64,000 nucleotides of DNA from Octopus vulgaris (GCA_951406725.2 OX597822.1:74152001-74216000), one strand, 5' to 3'; numbered from the stretch's first letter, positions 23,918 through 38,885 are shown. Notes: a model not told the origin generated them from the sequence alone. A program made the numbers and translations.

Positions 23918-24125
23918 ATTTATGCGCCCTTTTCAAGCCTAGCTAGGCTCATGGGCCCGGTTTCCCGGTTTCTGTGGTGTATGTCTTCCTCCCAGCCGGA
24001 CGGGACGCCAGACCATCGCAGAGTTACTCAAGAAACAGGAAGAGAGAGTGAGAGAAAGTTGGGGCGAAAGAGTACAACAGGGGTCGCCACCACCCCCTGC
24101 CGGAGCCTCGTGGAGCTTTAGGTAT
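23918..24125 (-). mobile_element. SINE family C, 3' portion
   Basis: Reverse complement of 39330-39545 and 41560-41770. Confidence 0.8.
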
Positions 24126-25585
24126 TTTCTGAATGATATAATGTCCTTAACGCATTTAGAGGTCATTTGCTTGAACTGATATAGTTTTTGTAAGGTGTTG
24201 GGCATTTGTAAAAAGCATATTTTTTTCAAAGTCAAAATTGCCGTAAATATTCTGCATTGTACCCCATCCCCGCCTTCGACTAAGAGTCTATAAAAATGTG
24301 TGATCCCAGCGATAATGGGGTGGGGGAGAAATACTGGCAAGTTACAGAGAAGAGTAAAAGTGGGATTTCACATGGAAACAAAGCCAAAAGCAGCGACAAA
24401 TATATCTTCGGATCGGCTGTCACACAACTTTCTAACTAAAACAACTTTGTCAGACCCAACACAACGATTTATTTTACTTGGTATTCTATTTATTTATTTA
24501 TTTATTTTATCATTTATTTGTTTGATATTTTTTTATTATTCATTTATTTTCATTCCTTGTTTATTTAATAATTTTCGAAAAGTAGAAGGTTTGAGTGTAT
24601 CTTCAAGATTATAAAACGAGAGTAAATTCTAAGTTCGGCGGTGAATCTTCTAGAGAATCTGTTTTGACTCGTTGAACTTCACTGTTAGCATTAAAAATAA
24701 AAATAAGATATAAATATAAGTATATAAGACAATTATAAAAATATAAAAAAGTGAAGAAAAGAAAGCTATGCGAAGAAAAATAACAAGGGAAAGGAATATA
24801 TTTGGATTGGAAAGAAAATCTTTGACTTACGTTTTTAAGAGAGGTTGGGCTATAGAGGGGTCTCGCCTAATAGACAGAGGGAAAGCTCTCTTCAATAGGG
24901 ACTAAGTTGTTTTAAGTTGTTTTACTTCGAAAGTGTCTGACTGTGGGGGGTAGAATAGCTCTCGGATTGTATGGATTGGATGTGTATGTTTGTTTATGTG
25001 TGTGTGTGTGTGTGTGTATGTGTGTGTATGTGTATGTGTATGTGTGTTTGAGAGTGTGTGTATGTGAGTGCATTTGTAGAGTTGTCAATGTTTGTCTGTG
25101 TGCTTATGTGTATGCATGTGTGTTGTGTGCTGTGTGTGTATTTGTCTTCCATCTATTTTGTGTGCTTCTTTTTGTCTCTCTCTCTTTCCATATATATATA
25201 TATATTTGTATTAGATATATTATGTATATATTATGCAGTATAAATACATATATATTCACATCTATATTCACAGTGAAAATAGAGGCGTCCACCGCATTAC
25301 GGAAAGTCTGTTTACAGAATTTCGCACTTGTGGAAATTGCAAAGTATGACCATTGATCCCAGTATGACCATTGATTCGCTTTTACGGAAATATGACTAAA
25401 GCTAAAATCACAATATGCAGGCATATATAAATTGCAAAAGCATAAAAGCTTTTAAAATCAATAGTGGGGAAAATACGTGAAAATTACATCAAAATATTAA
25501 CCCTAGAAGCAGTTATTCCGTCAAGTACCAGGACGTTAAATTTTCTTTTCATAAATTATTAGTCTTAATAGTGAATGCGTTTTTT

Positions 25586-25790
25586 AAGGCGGTGAGCTGG
25601 CAGAACCGGATAAAATGCTTAACGGCATTCCGTCCGTTTTCGTGTTCTGAGCTCAAATCCTGCTCTGATTCCCTTTGCCTTTCATTCAATCGGGGATCGA
25701 CAAAATAAGTACCAGTTGAGTACTGGGTCGATGTAATCGACTTACTCTACCCGCGAAATTGTTGCACTTGTGCCAAAGTGTGGAAGTAAT
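25586..25790 (+). mobile_element. SINE family A, diverged
   Basis: AAGGCGGTGAGCTGGCAGAA head. Confidence 0.7.
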
Positions 25791-26094
25791 ATTGAATGGT
25801 TTTGCGAGTGTAGATGGAGTTAATGTGTTAAATAGTTAATTGCTTTAACTATAAAAGATGTGAAATAAAACCAGTGTGTGAGTCAAATATTAGCATAACG
25901 TCACTCGAGATACAGGAAAATCTATTTCATCATACGAGATCACATCAAGGATCTTGCAAACCAAATACAGAAACCAAACAACAAACACATACATATATAT
26001 AAGCAAATGTTCATATATGTGTATGTATATAATTATATACGTATATATTAGTATATATACAATATACTTGCATACGCACATGCACGCATATATA

Positions 26095-27806
26095 CACTAC
26101 CGTCAGAAATTAATTAGCACCCTTGATTTGCTCTTCACTCAAGGTATTTGCTGTCACCTAGTGGCCATATCTCGAACTATTGCTTTGTTGCGAGTTCACT
26201 GTTGCGCAGAACGATGACGTAACTTTGTTTGCAGAGAGGTTTGAGAGTCTACAGCCTAATGATGTTGACATAGCAGTGCAACAACAACTTGGAGTGCGGA
26301 TGCAGTCAAATCTTCCTTTGTTTAATAGATATAGGTAGCGCCTCGCAAGGACTGAAATCACACCGTACTAAGTTTTCTCATCGCGTAAGACGTTTTAAAC
26401 AGCTCGTAGGTTAATTGATTTATGTATTTGCAAGATTTTTTTTCCTCACAAATTCTCCTACACTCTGCTTGGTGACGTCACTTCCGGTTCACAAAACTTT
26501 CTGTTATACATCAAATAAGGTGAGAAATTCTGCTTTCTTTCTTTTTTGTTTAATGAATAATAACTCATAGCAGTTTTGTTATAGCATAACATTATTCAAA
26601 TGAATAGTTTTAATGAAAATAACTGGTTTTTATCGTTCATTCCTAGATGGGCCCAAGACCTCGCATGACCTTGGAGAGACGGTACAAGGCTCTCTCGTGG
26701 CGTGGGAAGCTGTCGGAGGTTGCAATAGCCAGAAAACTTGGTGTAGCCAGGCGCACAATTCAGTGCTTAATTAAGAAATATGAGGAAACCGGATCAGCAG
26801 CTGACAAAAAGGGTAGGGGACGGAAGAGGCTGACGACCCAGCGGGAGGACCGGATGCTGATCCGAAAGTCACTGTACAACCGAAGGGTAACGAGCCGGCA
26901 ACTGGCGGAGGAGATGCAAAAGATGACAGAGAAGCAGTTGTCTACAACCACCGTCAAGACCAGATTACTGGAAGCTGGTCTAAAATCCTGTAGGGCCACC
27001 CGTAAGCCGCTCCTAACAGCCCAAAACTGGAAGAGGCGGCTGCTCTGGGCCCGTGCCCACAAGACATGGACCGTGCAGCAGTGGCGGACAGTGATGTTCA
27101 CTGACGAGTCGCGATTCAGTCTCGTCAGTGACAAGCCTGTCCATGTGCGACGCCGCAGGGGTGAGCGCTTCAACAAAGACTGCATTGCTCCCACCATGAA
27201 GCAAGGTGGGGGTGGTCTGATGGTGTGAGGGGCGTTCAGCTACAGTGGTGTTGGGCGGCTCTATGCTGTCGAAGGCAACATCAACGCAGCAAAGTACGTT
27301 GAGATAGTACGGGATACCTCTTTGGTGGCGAGGAGTACTGCTCCAGCAGGACAACGCGCCTTCCCACACAGCCAAGCTCACAACCGGTTTCTTCAAGGAC
27401 CATGGGGTGACGGTCATGGACTGGCCTGGCCAGTCACCTGACCTGAACCCTATTGAGAACCTCTGGAGTCGATTGGGTAGGGATTTGAATGTGCAACAAT
27501 ACAGGAACCGACACGAGCTGTTTGGGGCACTTCTTGCTGCATGGGGGGGGGCATCCCTGCACAGTACCTGCAGGCACTCATAGACAGCATGCCGACCCGC
27601 GTAGCAGCTGTCATTGCTGCCAAAGGAGGAGCAACAAGATATTGACTAAATTTCACGTTTAATAACAATTATGTGGTGTGCTGGGATATGTTTTAATAAA
27701 TTTTTGATTAAAAACGAGTTCGTTTCTGATAATAAGTTAATTAAATTAAGAAAATGTAAGAAAATGTAGAAATTTGAGAAGTGCTAATTAATTTCCGACG
27801 CAAGTG
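26095..27806 (+). mobile_element. Tc1-family DNA transposon, complete (1712 bp)
   Basis: 26-bp TIRs CACTACCGTCAGAAATTAATTAGCAC and CACTTGCGTCGGAAATTAATTAGCAC (3 mismatches); TA on both flanks. Confidence 0.95.
26647..27645 (+). pseudogene. Tc1 DD34E transposase pseudogene
   Basis: HTH region, GRKR, WRTVMFTDESRF, LMV*GAF (stop at a conserved Trp, 27226-27228), frameshift, QQDNAPSH...WPGQSPDLNPIENLW (34 aa between D and E), AKGGATRY*. Confidence 0.93.
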
Positions 27807-27837
27807 TACATGCATACACACACACACACACAGATAT

Positions 27838-27920
<83 letters not shown>

Positions 27921-27935
27921 CAGATATAGATATAG

Positions 27936-27983
<48 letters not shown>

Positions 27984-28068
27984 TTGCTATTATACAAAAG
28001 TGTCCTAAGTCCAAAGCGTTCCTTTTTCAGAAAATAGTTTCACCATTCTATTTGAACATACGACAGAT

Positions 28069-28123
<55 letters not shown>

Positions 28124-28166
28124 CATATGTGTGTGTGTGTCTGTGTTTGTGTGTGTGTGTGTGTGT

Positions 28167-28573
28167 GGCTGTGTGGTATGAAGCTTGCTGTGTGGTAAGG
28201 CGGCGAGCTGGCAGAATCGTTAGCACACCAGGCAAAATGCGTAGCTGTATTTCGTCTGTCATTAAGTTCTGAGTTCAAATTCTGCTCAGGTCGACTTTGC
28301 CTTTCATCCTTTAGGGGTTAATTAAATAAGTACCAGTTACGCACTGGGGTCGATACAATCGACTTAATCCGTTTGTCTGTCGTTGTTTGTCCTCTCTGTG
28401 TTTAGTCTCATTTGGGTAGTAAAGAAATAGGTAAGAAGCTTGCTTTCTAACCACATGGTTCTGGGTTCAGTCCCACAGCGTGGCACCTTGGACAAGTGTC
28501 TTCTACTATAGCCTCGGGCCGACGAAAGCCTTGTGAGCGGATTTGGCAGACGGAAACTAAAAGAAGCCCGTCG

Positions 28574-28631
<58 letters not shown>

Positions 28632-28906
28632 TTTATATACTTGACCATCTTTGTTCCTAAATATGCTTATATATATTTCTTTACTACCCACAAGGGGCTA
28701 AACACAGAGGGGACAAACAAGGACAGACAAAGGGATTAAGTCGACTACATCGACCCCAGTGCGTAACTGGTACTTAATTTATCGACCCCGAAAGGATGAA
28801 AGGCAAAGTCAACCTCGGCGGAATTTGAACTCGGAACGTAACGACTGACGAAATACGGCTACGAATTTCGCCCGGCGTGCTAACGTTTCTACCAGCTCGC
28901 CGCCTT
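28167..28906. mobile_element. SINE cluster: SINE A (+, 28197-28430) inserted in a SINE B head; SINE A (-, 28675-28906)
   Basis: The minus copy has TSD aaatatgcttatata (28659 and 28908). Confidence 0.85.
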
Positions 28907-29655
28907 CAAATATGCTTATATAGGCGCAGACATCGTTGTGTGGATAAGAACCTTACTTTGCAGCTACGTAATTCCGGGTTCAATCTCACTGTGCCAGACC
29001 GTGAGTAAATGTCTTCTATTATAGCCCCGGGCCGACCATGAGTGAATTTGTTAAATGGAAACTGTGCTGAAGTCTGTGTTGGGATTTTTTGCCTTTCCCT
29101 CTCTCTCACGCTTCCTCCTTGACTCTCTCGTCGCTGACACGTGACGAAAGGGAGTCTATCTTTCTGCCCATTTCCTTCCTAAAAACATGTGCTTATACAT
29201 GTCTCTTCTCATAAGATCGTCCTCCTAGCTTCATAATAATTTTTCTATCGTCTTGGCTGTTCTTGTTACCCCTTTCACCCTCCGCAAAAAATCCCAAATT
29301 TTATTTAATTTGCTTTGCGGGAAGGACTGATTCAACGAAATCGCGTATCGTCCTTGCCTTCGGATTGCAGAGTAGATGAAACAGGGACAACTGATGAAGG
29401 GGAATATTCTTTATGTTGCATGTCTCGTTTCTCTGTTATATTTTTCGTTTTCTATGTTTTTGTTTTTACGTTTTCGTTTCTCATTGTGTTCAACGATTTT
29501 TTTTTGTTGGTGTCCCGTACCCATATATGCATGTATATATACATATGTGTGTAGGTATGTACATATATGTATTTATATATGCATATATTTATATATTATT
29601 TATATTATTATGTGATCGAACGCAACGCATCCTTTTCCAAGTAAGTTTTATCTTA

Positions 29656-30182
<527 letters not shown>

Positions 30183-30571
30183 TGTGTAAATATTTATGCT
30201 TGTGTGCGCATCAACGAGTGTATATGTAATTATCATCATGTATGCGTGTGTGTTAAGAAATACAGGAATTAACGCGTTTGTGTTTCTGTTTGTATATGTG
30301 CACGTGTGTGTGTGTTTGAGAGAGAAAGAGACAGACAGACAGACAGACAGACAGAGACAGAGAGAGAAAGTGAAAGATGGTGATATGTAAAACGTTTATA
30401 CACCCGGCTTTGAAGTATCATAATAAATGAGTTTGAATAGGATTGGGGTGATGTGTTAATTAGTGTTACCCTGAGAGATAATAAACTGAACCGCCATGTA
30501 TGTGTGTGTGTGCTATTATACATACATACACACATTTTATGTAGATTCTTATATATAAATGTGTGTGTGTG

Positions 30572-30604
<33 letters not shown>

Positions 30605-32364
30605 TGGGTGTCTATGTGTAATATGTCAATATGATGGAGGCATCCTTTGAAAATAGAAGGCCGGAAGTGCAAAAAGGTGTAACAAAGAAGAAAAGATAAT
30701 GTGAGTGTAAGAAGGAGCAGTCAGAGGGTGAAAGACAGAAAGATAGAACACGACTGGATGCAGACAGACAGGCAAGCAGTCAGATAGACAGGGAGTCAGA
30801 CAGTAAACTTGACTAGTGCATGTATACGAGTTTATAGCCGTTGTTTTCCAACCTCGGTTCAATGTTGATTGAGTCAATTTATGATCAAAAGCATTCCAAC
30901 CTTGATGCCTTGATCATCCCGTCCTTCTAAAGGTAAGTAGAAATACATTATCTAATGTTTCCGGTAATTAGTGAAAATACCGTCAGAATTTGTCTAGCAG
31001 AGAAAAATTCTAAAGTTTGTGCCAAGGTCATTTACACTTCACAGTTCTTCTCCGACAAAGAACTGAGTAACGAAAAGATAAAGAAGTTAAACTGAGACGA
31101 GCTAAGTAATTCGATATTTCTTAGACTGGGGTATTAAATAAAGACAAAATTCTAGCGATAATTGTTCGCGACACCCAAAGTAAAAGCGGGAAATAGTTTC
31201 ATGAAATTAAGAATTAATCTCCTAATGTTAATTTCCAACGATGTCTTTCTTATTTATTCTTAGTATCTTCAGGCAGATTAGAATGTGAATATTCTAACCA
31301 GTGCTGTGTTGCGATATTCGAGAACTCCTCTTTTCAAACGAATATGTGTTTATAACACTCTCGGTTCATTAGCATAAGAGGAGTATGGGACAGTTGCTGT
31401 TTCGATATCATTGTGTCTCGTCAGCTAATTGCGCAACAGACAAATAAATCTCACAAGAGATTGAGGCTCTTGTTTCTAACTTCAACAAGCAAATTATTAG
31501 CTGATGAGAGTTGATATCTGCCAACCGATAATAAATTATCATGTGCACGATAAACAGTAAGAATCTAACGAAAATCTGAAATTTATTCTTAACACGCTCC
31601 GGCAGATTCGAACGTTAATATGCTAATCGCTGTTGCGTTTCGTTATTGATGAACAACGTCACTTTCCACACGAACTTGTGTTATATCTCACTCGATTCAT
31701 TAGTGTAAGGGGACTTTGGAGCACCCGATGTTTTGACATTGCTGTGCCTCATCAGACAAAAAACACTCAGAACTAATGAAAGAGAGCCACAAGAAGTAGA
31801 AAATATATTGTTAGACAAGAATAGACTAGAGGAAGTAAAATAGAGAGAACTAGAGTAACAGTTTAATGCAGTCTTCCGACATTCTACACGTATGTATGTA
31901 TGTATGTATGTATGTATGTATGTATGTATGTATGTATGTATGCATGTATGCATGTATGTATGTATGTATGTATGTATGTATGTATGTATGTATGTATGTA
32001 GTCACGTATGTATGTAGCTATTATAGTTCTCAGCTCTACTCTGATCCAAAATTGGAGCACGCACCTGTTAGGGTCCTAAGTTATGGCCTAATTAACATGT
32101 AAACCACTGAGTACGAGACACCTAGTTCTCGTTTGAAAGGTAAATTTTTAGGCAAAAAAAAAGATGAAGTACAGTTCCTTTTGATCATTTCAACCTGTCA
32201 CTGGTTGTACAGCTGATCACATTGATCAGTGGATTCAGTGTTGTATGACACTTTATCTATTCAAAATAAATTTACGCACAGGAACTTCTTTCTCTCTGTG
32301 AACGTTTGCACAAGCTTACTGAGTTTAAGAAACGATCTTGCTCGTTCATGTGTTGACCTCCACC

Positions 32365-32745
32365 AGGAGTCACTGTGTGGCAAGTAGCTTGCTTACCAGC
32401 CACATTGTTCTGGGTTCAGTCCCACTGCGTGGTAACTTGAGCAAGTGTCTTCTACTATAGCCTCGGGCCGATCAAAACCTTTCAGCGGATTTGGTAGACA
32501 GAAACTGAAAGAAGCCCGTCGTATATATGTATATCTATGTATGTGTTGGTGTGTCCGTGTTTGTCCTCCCAACATCGCTTGACAGCCGATGCTGGTGTGT
32601 ACCCGTTACTTAGCGGTTCGGCAAAAGAGACCGATATAATTAGTACTAAGCATACAAAGAATAAGTCCTGGGAGTCGATTTGTTCGACTAAAGGCGCTGC
32701 TCCAGCATGGCCGCAGTCAAATGACTGAAAAAAGTAAATGTGTAA
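32365..32745 (+). mobile_element. SINE family B
   Basis: Match to 13067-13470. Confidence 0.85.
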
Positions 32746-32841
32746 AAGATTATATAAATAAGGATAAGAACGTTATTTTAAACACCGATCAAATAAAGTG
32801 GCAACATAGGAAGAAAAAACCCCGTGGGTTATATTTATAAT

Positions 32842-33032
32842 TAAAATTATATATAAGGGTATCTAAGAGATACCACCATGCTAAGAATAGCAGTCAAAAC
32901 CCGACTCTAAAACCACACCAAGTGTTCGATACACCTTGTGCTATATCAAACACTTGATGCGGTTTTAGAGTCGGGTTTTGATTGCTATTCCTAGTATGGT
33001 GGTATCTCTTAGATACCTTATTTATAATTTTA
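32842..33032. repeat. Long imperfect palindrome (~90-bp arms, 12-nt loop), MITE or foldback-like
   Basis: ggtatctaagagataccaccat...caagtgttcgata pairs with tatcaaacacttg...atggtggtatctcttagatacc. Confidence 0.9.
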
Positions 33033-33046
33033 TGTATGAATGTATG

Positions 33047-33111
<65 letters not shown>

Positions 33112-33189
33112 GACTTAGTGATATTGATGGAGAAAGAGAGAAAGAAAGATAATGACTGACAAACGTCAAGAACAAAATATAGATAGTCC

Positions 33190-33436
33190 TAGGAGTGGGT
33201 GTGAGGTAAGTAGCTTGCTTACGAACCACCTGGTTCCGGGTTCAGTCCCACTGCATGGCACCTTGTGCAAGTGTCTTCTACTATAGCCTCGGGCCGACCA
33301 AAGCCTTGTGAGTGGATTTAGTAGACGGAAACTGAAAGAAGCCTGTCATATATGTATATATATATATGTGTGCGTGTGAGTGTGTGTGTGTGTGTGTGTA
33401 TACTTGAATGTCTATGTTTGTCCCTTCAACATCGCT
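33190..33436 (+). mobile_element. SINE family B, 5' part
   Basis: Match to family B. Confidence 0.8.
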
Positions 33437-34197
33437 TCACACACACACACACACAAACACACAAACGCACACGCACGACCAGGCACATATGCATACATAT
33501 ATTTACGCACACCTACACGCACGCTCAGATTTCCGGTGTTTTTGCTTATATAAATTAACATTTGTGTTTCTATTTCCACTCCTTTCTATACACTGTGATG
33601 TTTTATTGTCAAATGTGTGTGATAAGAGAGTACAGGCGAACTCACAAATTTGAATGTATGCTTCATGTTGGGTTTTATTCGTTTGTTTTGTGTCTCTCTC
33701 TTTAATTAATATAAGGTTGTCATTTGTCAAACTCTTCCTAGTTACTTCACACCCCATATCACTTATCTAACGTTGTCTAACTGAGACACTGTTCACACGC
33801 AAAGCTGTCACTAGACGATATTCTATGTGTATATATGCATACGTATTTCATAGAATACATACATTTATATATACATACATATTATACACACACACACACA
33901 TACACACACACACATATATATATATACATACATACATACATACATACATACATACATACATACATACATACATACATACATACATACATAGGAAAATAAG
34001 ACAAGGTAGAAAATGCTAAAATAATTTTATCATCAAGTACATTTTCGTACCGGTTTCTGTCATTTTAGACTTTTTTAACTGAGAGTAAAATAAAAAAAAA
34101 AAAACAATTAATTTGGAGGGAAAAAAAATTAAGTGAAATGTTCTGTAGATATTTTCTTAGTCTATGAATAGGTAAATATTTCCATAGTTTTCAGGCA

Positions 34198-34234
<37 letters not shown>

Positions 34235-34277
34235 GCAATAATAATTCTCTAAATGAGATATAGACAGTAACTGCTCC

Positions 34278-34493
34278 ATAACATAAGGGACTAAAGCCAT
34301 CTGAATATGGCTAGGGACAGGGCAGGGTGGTGGGGGTGTTACTGTTGCATTTAGCCCCAGGCGAACATCAACGCCGTGATGGTGTCAAGCCTATCTGGCG
34401 ACGTTGATGTTCGCCTGGGGCTAAATGCAACAGTAACACCCCCACCACCCTGCCCTGTCCCTAGCCATATTCAGATGGCTTTAGTCCCTTATG

Positions 34494-34497
<4 letters not shown>
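34278..34497. repeat. Perfect inverted repeat, 96-bp arms with 28-nt spacer
   Basis: 34278-34373 is the exact reverse complement of 34402-34497. Confidence 0.95.
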
Positions 34498-34748
<251 letters not shown>

Positions 34749-34868
34749 ATGAATGTTTTTATATATAATGAACGTGAAATACAGGAAGGGACGAACACGG
34801 AACACAGACAAATCATTCGAAGCCTTCAATCTTCAGTCAGACACCGAATCATCATAGCAAATTTCGGC

Positions 34869-34926
<58 letters not shown>

Positions 34927-35054
34927 GGAACAACAAAAGAGCACTCCATCCAATAAAATGTCATTTCATACAAGCAAAGTTTAAATTGGAGACACAAGCT
35001 TCTCCATGACCAGTCATCATTCGAATTTAAACCATGCATATATTAAATTATGTT

Positions 35055-35124
<70 letters not shown>

Positions 35125-35142
35125 CATACATACATATGATCA

Positions 35143-35355
35143 TTTCAGTAATGTAACTACACGTGTGCCATTGGCGATTTCTTCTCTGTCTTTGAACTTT
35201 TCCCCCTTTTCCTTTCCAATGAAGAGCTATGCTCGAAACGTCAAAATCTCTTCTTTCACTTTGGGTCAGGCTAGATATTTCTTCTGCACGTCCTCACGTT
35301 CGACTTTTAGGATTTTTCATTCTATTTTTTGATTTCTTTGTCTATTAGAATTAAG
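35143..35355 (+). mobile_element. Diverged copy of the short hammerhead-bearing element
   Basis: TTT-CCAATGA-A-GAGC(TAT)GCTC-GAAA-CG-TC-AAA at 35213-35246; leader cgtgtgccattggcgattt shared with 29728; TA-type repeats on both sides. Confidence 0.6.
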
Positions 35356-35411
35356 TGTATATATATATATATATATATATATAGTGGTGATATTTATAGC
35401 GAGTATTCGCC

Positions 35412-35461
<50 letters not shown>

Positions 35462-35489
35462 TATATATATATATGTATATATATGTGTG

Positions 35490-35531
<42 letters not shown>

Positions 35532-35559
35532 TAAATATGTGTGTGCGTGAGTGTGTGTT

Positions 35560-35773
35560 CCTTTATTCTTTTATTCTTTCATTTGTTTCAATAATTTGAC
35601 TGCGGCCATATTGGAGCACCGCCTTTAGTGGCACAAGTCGTCCCCAGAACTTATTCGTTGTGAGCCTAGTACTTATTCTATCAGCGTCTTTTGCCGAACC
35701 GCTAAGTTACCGGGACGTAAACACCAACATCGGTTGTCAACTGATGGTGGGGGCAAACACAGACACAAATAAC

Positions 35774-35813
<40 letters not shown>

Positions 35814-35977
35814 GACGGACTTCTTTCAGTTTCCCTCTACCACATCCACTCATAATACTTTAATCGGCCCGGGAGCATAGTAGAAGACACTTGGCCAAGG
35901 TACCACGCAGTGGGACTGAACACGGAACCATGTAATTGTGTAACAAGCTTCATACCACGCAGCCATGCCTGCGCCTA
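35560..35977 (-). mobile_element. SINE family B
   Basis: Match to family B. Confidence 0.85.
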
Positions 35978-36009
35978 CATATATACATATACACACACAC
36001 ACACACACA

Positions 36010-36066
<57 letters not shown>

Positions 36067-36108
36067 ACAGATATATATATACACACACATATATATACAC
36101 ACACACAT

Positions 36109-36204
<96 letters not shown>

Positions 36205-36241
36205 GGTCCCGGGTTGAGTCGGGGTTAACCACATAAATAAG

Positions 36242-36299
36242 GTACTGTTTCATTCAAATGAAATCATCTCCTGGTGATTTCATTTGAATGAAACAGTAC
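36242..36299. repeat. Perfect 25-bp hairpin with 8-nt loop between (TA)n arrays
   Basis: gtactgtttcattcaaatgaaatca-tctcctgg-tgatttcatttgaatgaaacagtac. Confidence 0.9.
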
Positions 36300-36330
36300 T
36301 AGTCCTGTAGAAGCTCCTTCTATAAAATAA

Positions 36331-36408
<78 letters not shown>

Positions 36409-36556
36409 ATAAGTACAAATGTAAGTTATACTTACACAGAACGTACACATATTATTTTGAGTGAGTGTGCGTGCGTGATGAATGTGTCTATATAGATATG
36501 TACGTCTACTTGTAAATATGTATTGGCACGCATGTATGCATGTATGAATGTATATG

Positions 36557-36618
<62 letters not shown>

Positions 36619-37268
36619 TATGAATCTAATTTTGTGTATACATGCACGTCTACTTGTATGTATGCATTGGTGTATATGTATCCAGTGTATGTATGTTTGT
36701 AAGTATGGATAGATGGATAGATACATGTGTATTTGTATATATATATCTGTATATATGTATGTATGTATGTGTCTATGTATGTATGTATGTATGTATGTAT
36801 GTATGTATGTATGTATGTATGTATGTATGTATGTATAGTTTGACATATGTAGTAGAAGCCACAAAGGCGACCTTGAGATTAATTCTACAGACTTGGTAAA
36901 GACAATTCTCAAACAAGTCAATCAAACTGGGCCAGCGAGTTTTATTGACTTAATCTTTGTTACTTTTTTATCTCTTTTTCTTTTGTTTTTTTTTCTTCGT
37001 TCACTATCTCTTCAACAACGCACGCGCGCACTCAGGCGCATGTCGTCTCGCAAACACACGCATACACACACTGCGGAGAAAGCGCGCGTGTGTGTGTGTG
37101 GATGTGTATGAAATTGCAGATGTATGAGATTATATACTGCTATCAATATGTCTATTCCATATTTGTTTTGTAGTACTTTATTTTAGTCGCCGCCATTAAG
37201 CCCATGCTAGAGTACCCATTTCTGATATGCCAATGTCTGTGAGTATATATGCATACATACATACACAC

Positions 37269-37357
<89 letters not shown>

Positions 37358-37435
37358 TATATATATATATGAATATATATATGAATATATATATATATGA
37401 ATATATATATATATATGAATATATACATATATATA

Positions 37436-37493
<58 letters not shown>

Positions 37494-37626
37494 TATATAT
37501 TAAATAATAAGGGTAGAAATTGATGTTAATCAATTAAAACCAGTGAGTTAGCATATTTAAAAATTCGAAGATTAAAAATTGTGTCACATGCAAAATTAAG
37601 AGGAAAGACCACTAAAGTGAACACCC

Positions 37627-37923
37627 TATATGCTAAACATAGACGTCAAATCGCCATTACCACGAAGAAAAAAAAAAACTCAGCTAAATGCCAGAATGTA
37701 AAAATGAGCAAAACAAATGAAAACATACGAAATAAAAACGATTACCTACGTACCATTGGTTTCACTTATTAATATCAACGTATATAAACACGTAGACATC
37801 TGCAAGATCGTCAGCGTAGTCTGTCGCTTACAAAACACAATTTCCAGAACTAGATACAGAACGCTCAACCGAGAACACACTCTTCGTGGCAATGACCATT
37901 TGACGTCTAAGTTTAGCATATAG
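37627..37923. mobile_element. MITE-like element with ~42-bp imperfect TIRs
   Basis: ctatatgctaaacatagacgtcaaatcgccattaccacgaaga pairs with tcttcgtggcaatgaccatttgacgtctaagtttagcatatag; no TSD resolved. Confidence 0.6.
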
Positions 37924-38489
37924 AGTATGTTTAGCATATATAAATGCGACAGCATTTATTGATGTACAATGTCAGAGTAAAGTGAATTTATAAGATGACT
38001 TTTATTAAGTGAGAATATTTGGGAAATTTCATTGCTCCGTTCAGATTACATGAATAGTTTGATAACGTAGCGACAACAGATATTTTTTTTGTTGGGGTGC
38101 CTGGTGTCGCCAAGGACTCTTTTTTTTTTGGTCTTCATTCAATAAAAGATGCATAAAGGTATGAGTGTTTTTTGTATGCATGATGCATATATATGTGTGT
38201 GGGTTGAACGGATTTACCATTCCAGGCGATTTCATATTTTATATTTATATATGTATATACTTTTTATGTATATTTTTTGTATTTATATATATTATATATT
38301 TTATATGATGAACTGTATCTTTCGAAATATATATTGAGGAAAATAATCTGTTTTATGGTTGTCAGTATCTCGAAAGTTGTCTTTCCTTTGAAACCTACGT
38401 TACTCTATATTCTCTCAGGTCTATTTACGGAGCGCAGACTTATTATTCTGTATAAGAAATTCATTTCCTTCTACTTTCTTCGTAACCAC

Positions 38490-38668
38490 ACGAGAATCGT
38501 TGGCGATTTTCTCCCTCCGTTTTCCCTTCTATTGGACCTTCCTCTGTTTCGGAAGAAGAGTGTGTGCTCGAAACGTTAAACCTTCTTTCTTTTGTACCCT
38601 GAGCGTCTGCTATCATTTTACATGTACTACGTCCTTGCGTTGTTGTTTGTTCTTTTTTGGATTCACTA
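38490..38668 (+). mobile_element. Diverged copy of the short hammerhead-bearing element
   Basis: GTTT-CGGAAGA-A-GAGT(GTGT)GCTC-GAAA-CG-TT-AAAC at 38546-38581; same tail (CCTGAGCGTC..TTGGATT.ACTATATA) as 29713-29930. Confidence 0.65.
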
Positions 38669-38718
38669 TATACATATATACGTGTGCGTGTGTGTATGTT
38701 TGTGTATATACATATATG

Positions 38719-38794
<76 letters not shown>

Positions 38795-38850
38795 CACAAA
38801 CATACACACACGACACACATATATGTACACACAACCAAAAATATATATAT

Positions 38851-38885
<35 letters not shown>

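Noticed and set aside
34040-34090. Hammerhead-like GAAACCGGTA on the minus strand
   Set aside because: The CUGANGA box is absent (CAGTTAAAAAA) and stem I does not close.
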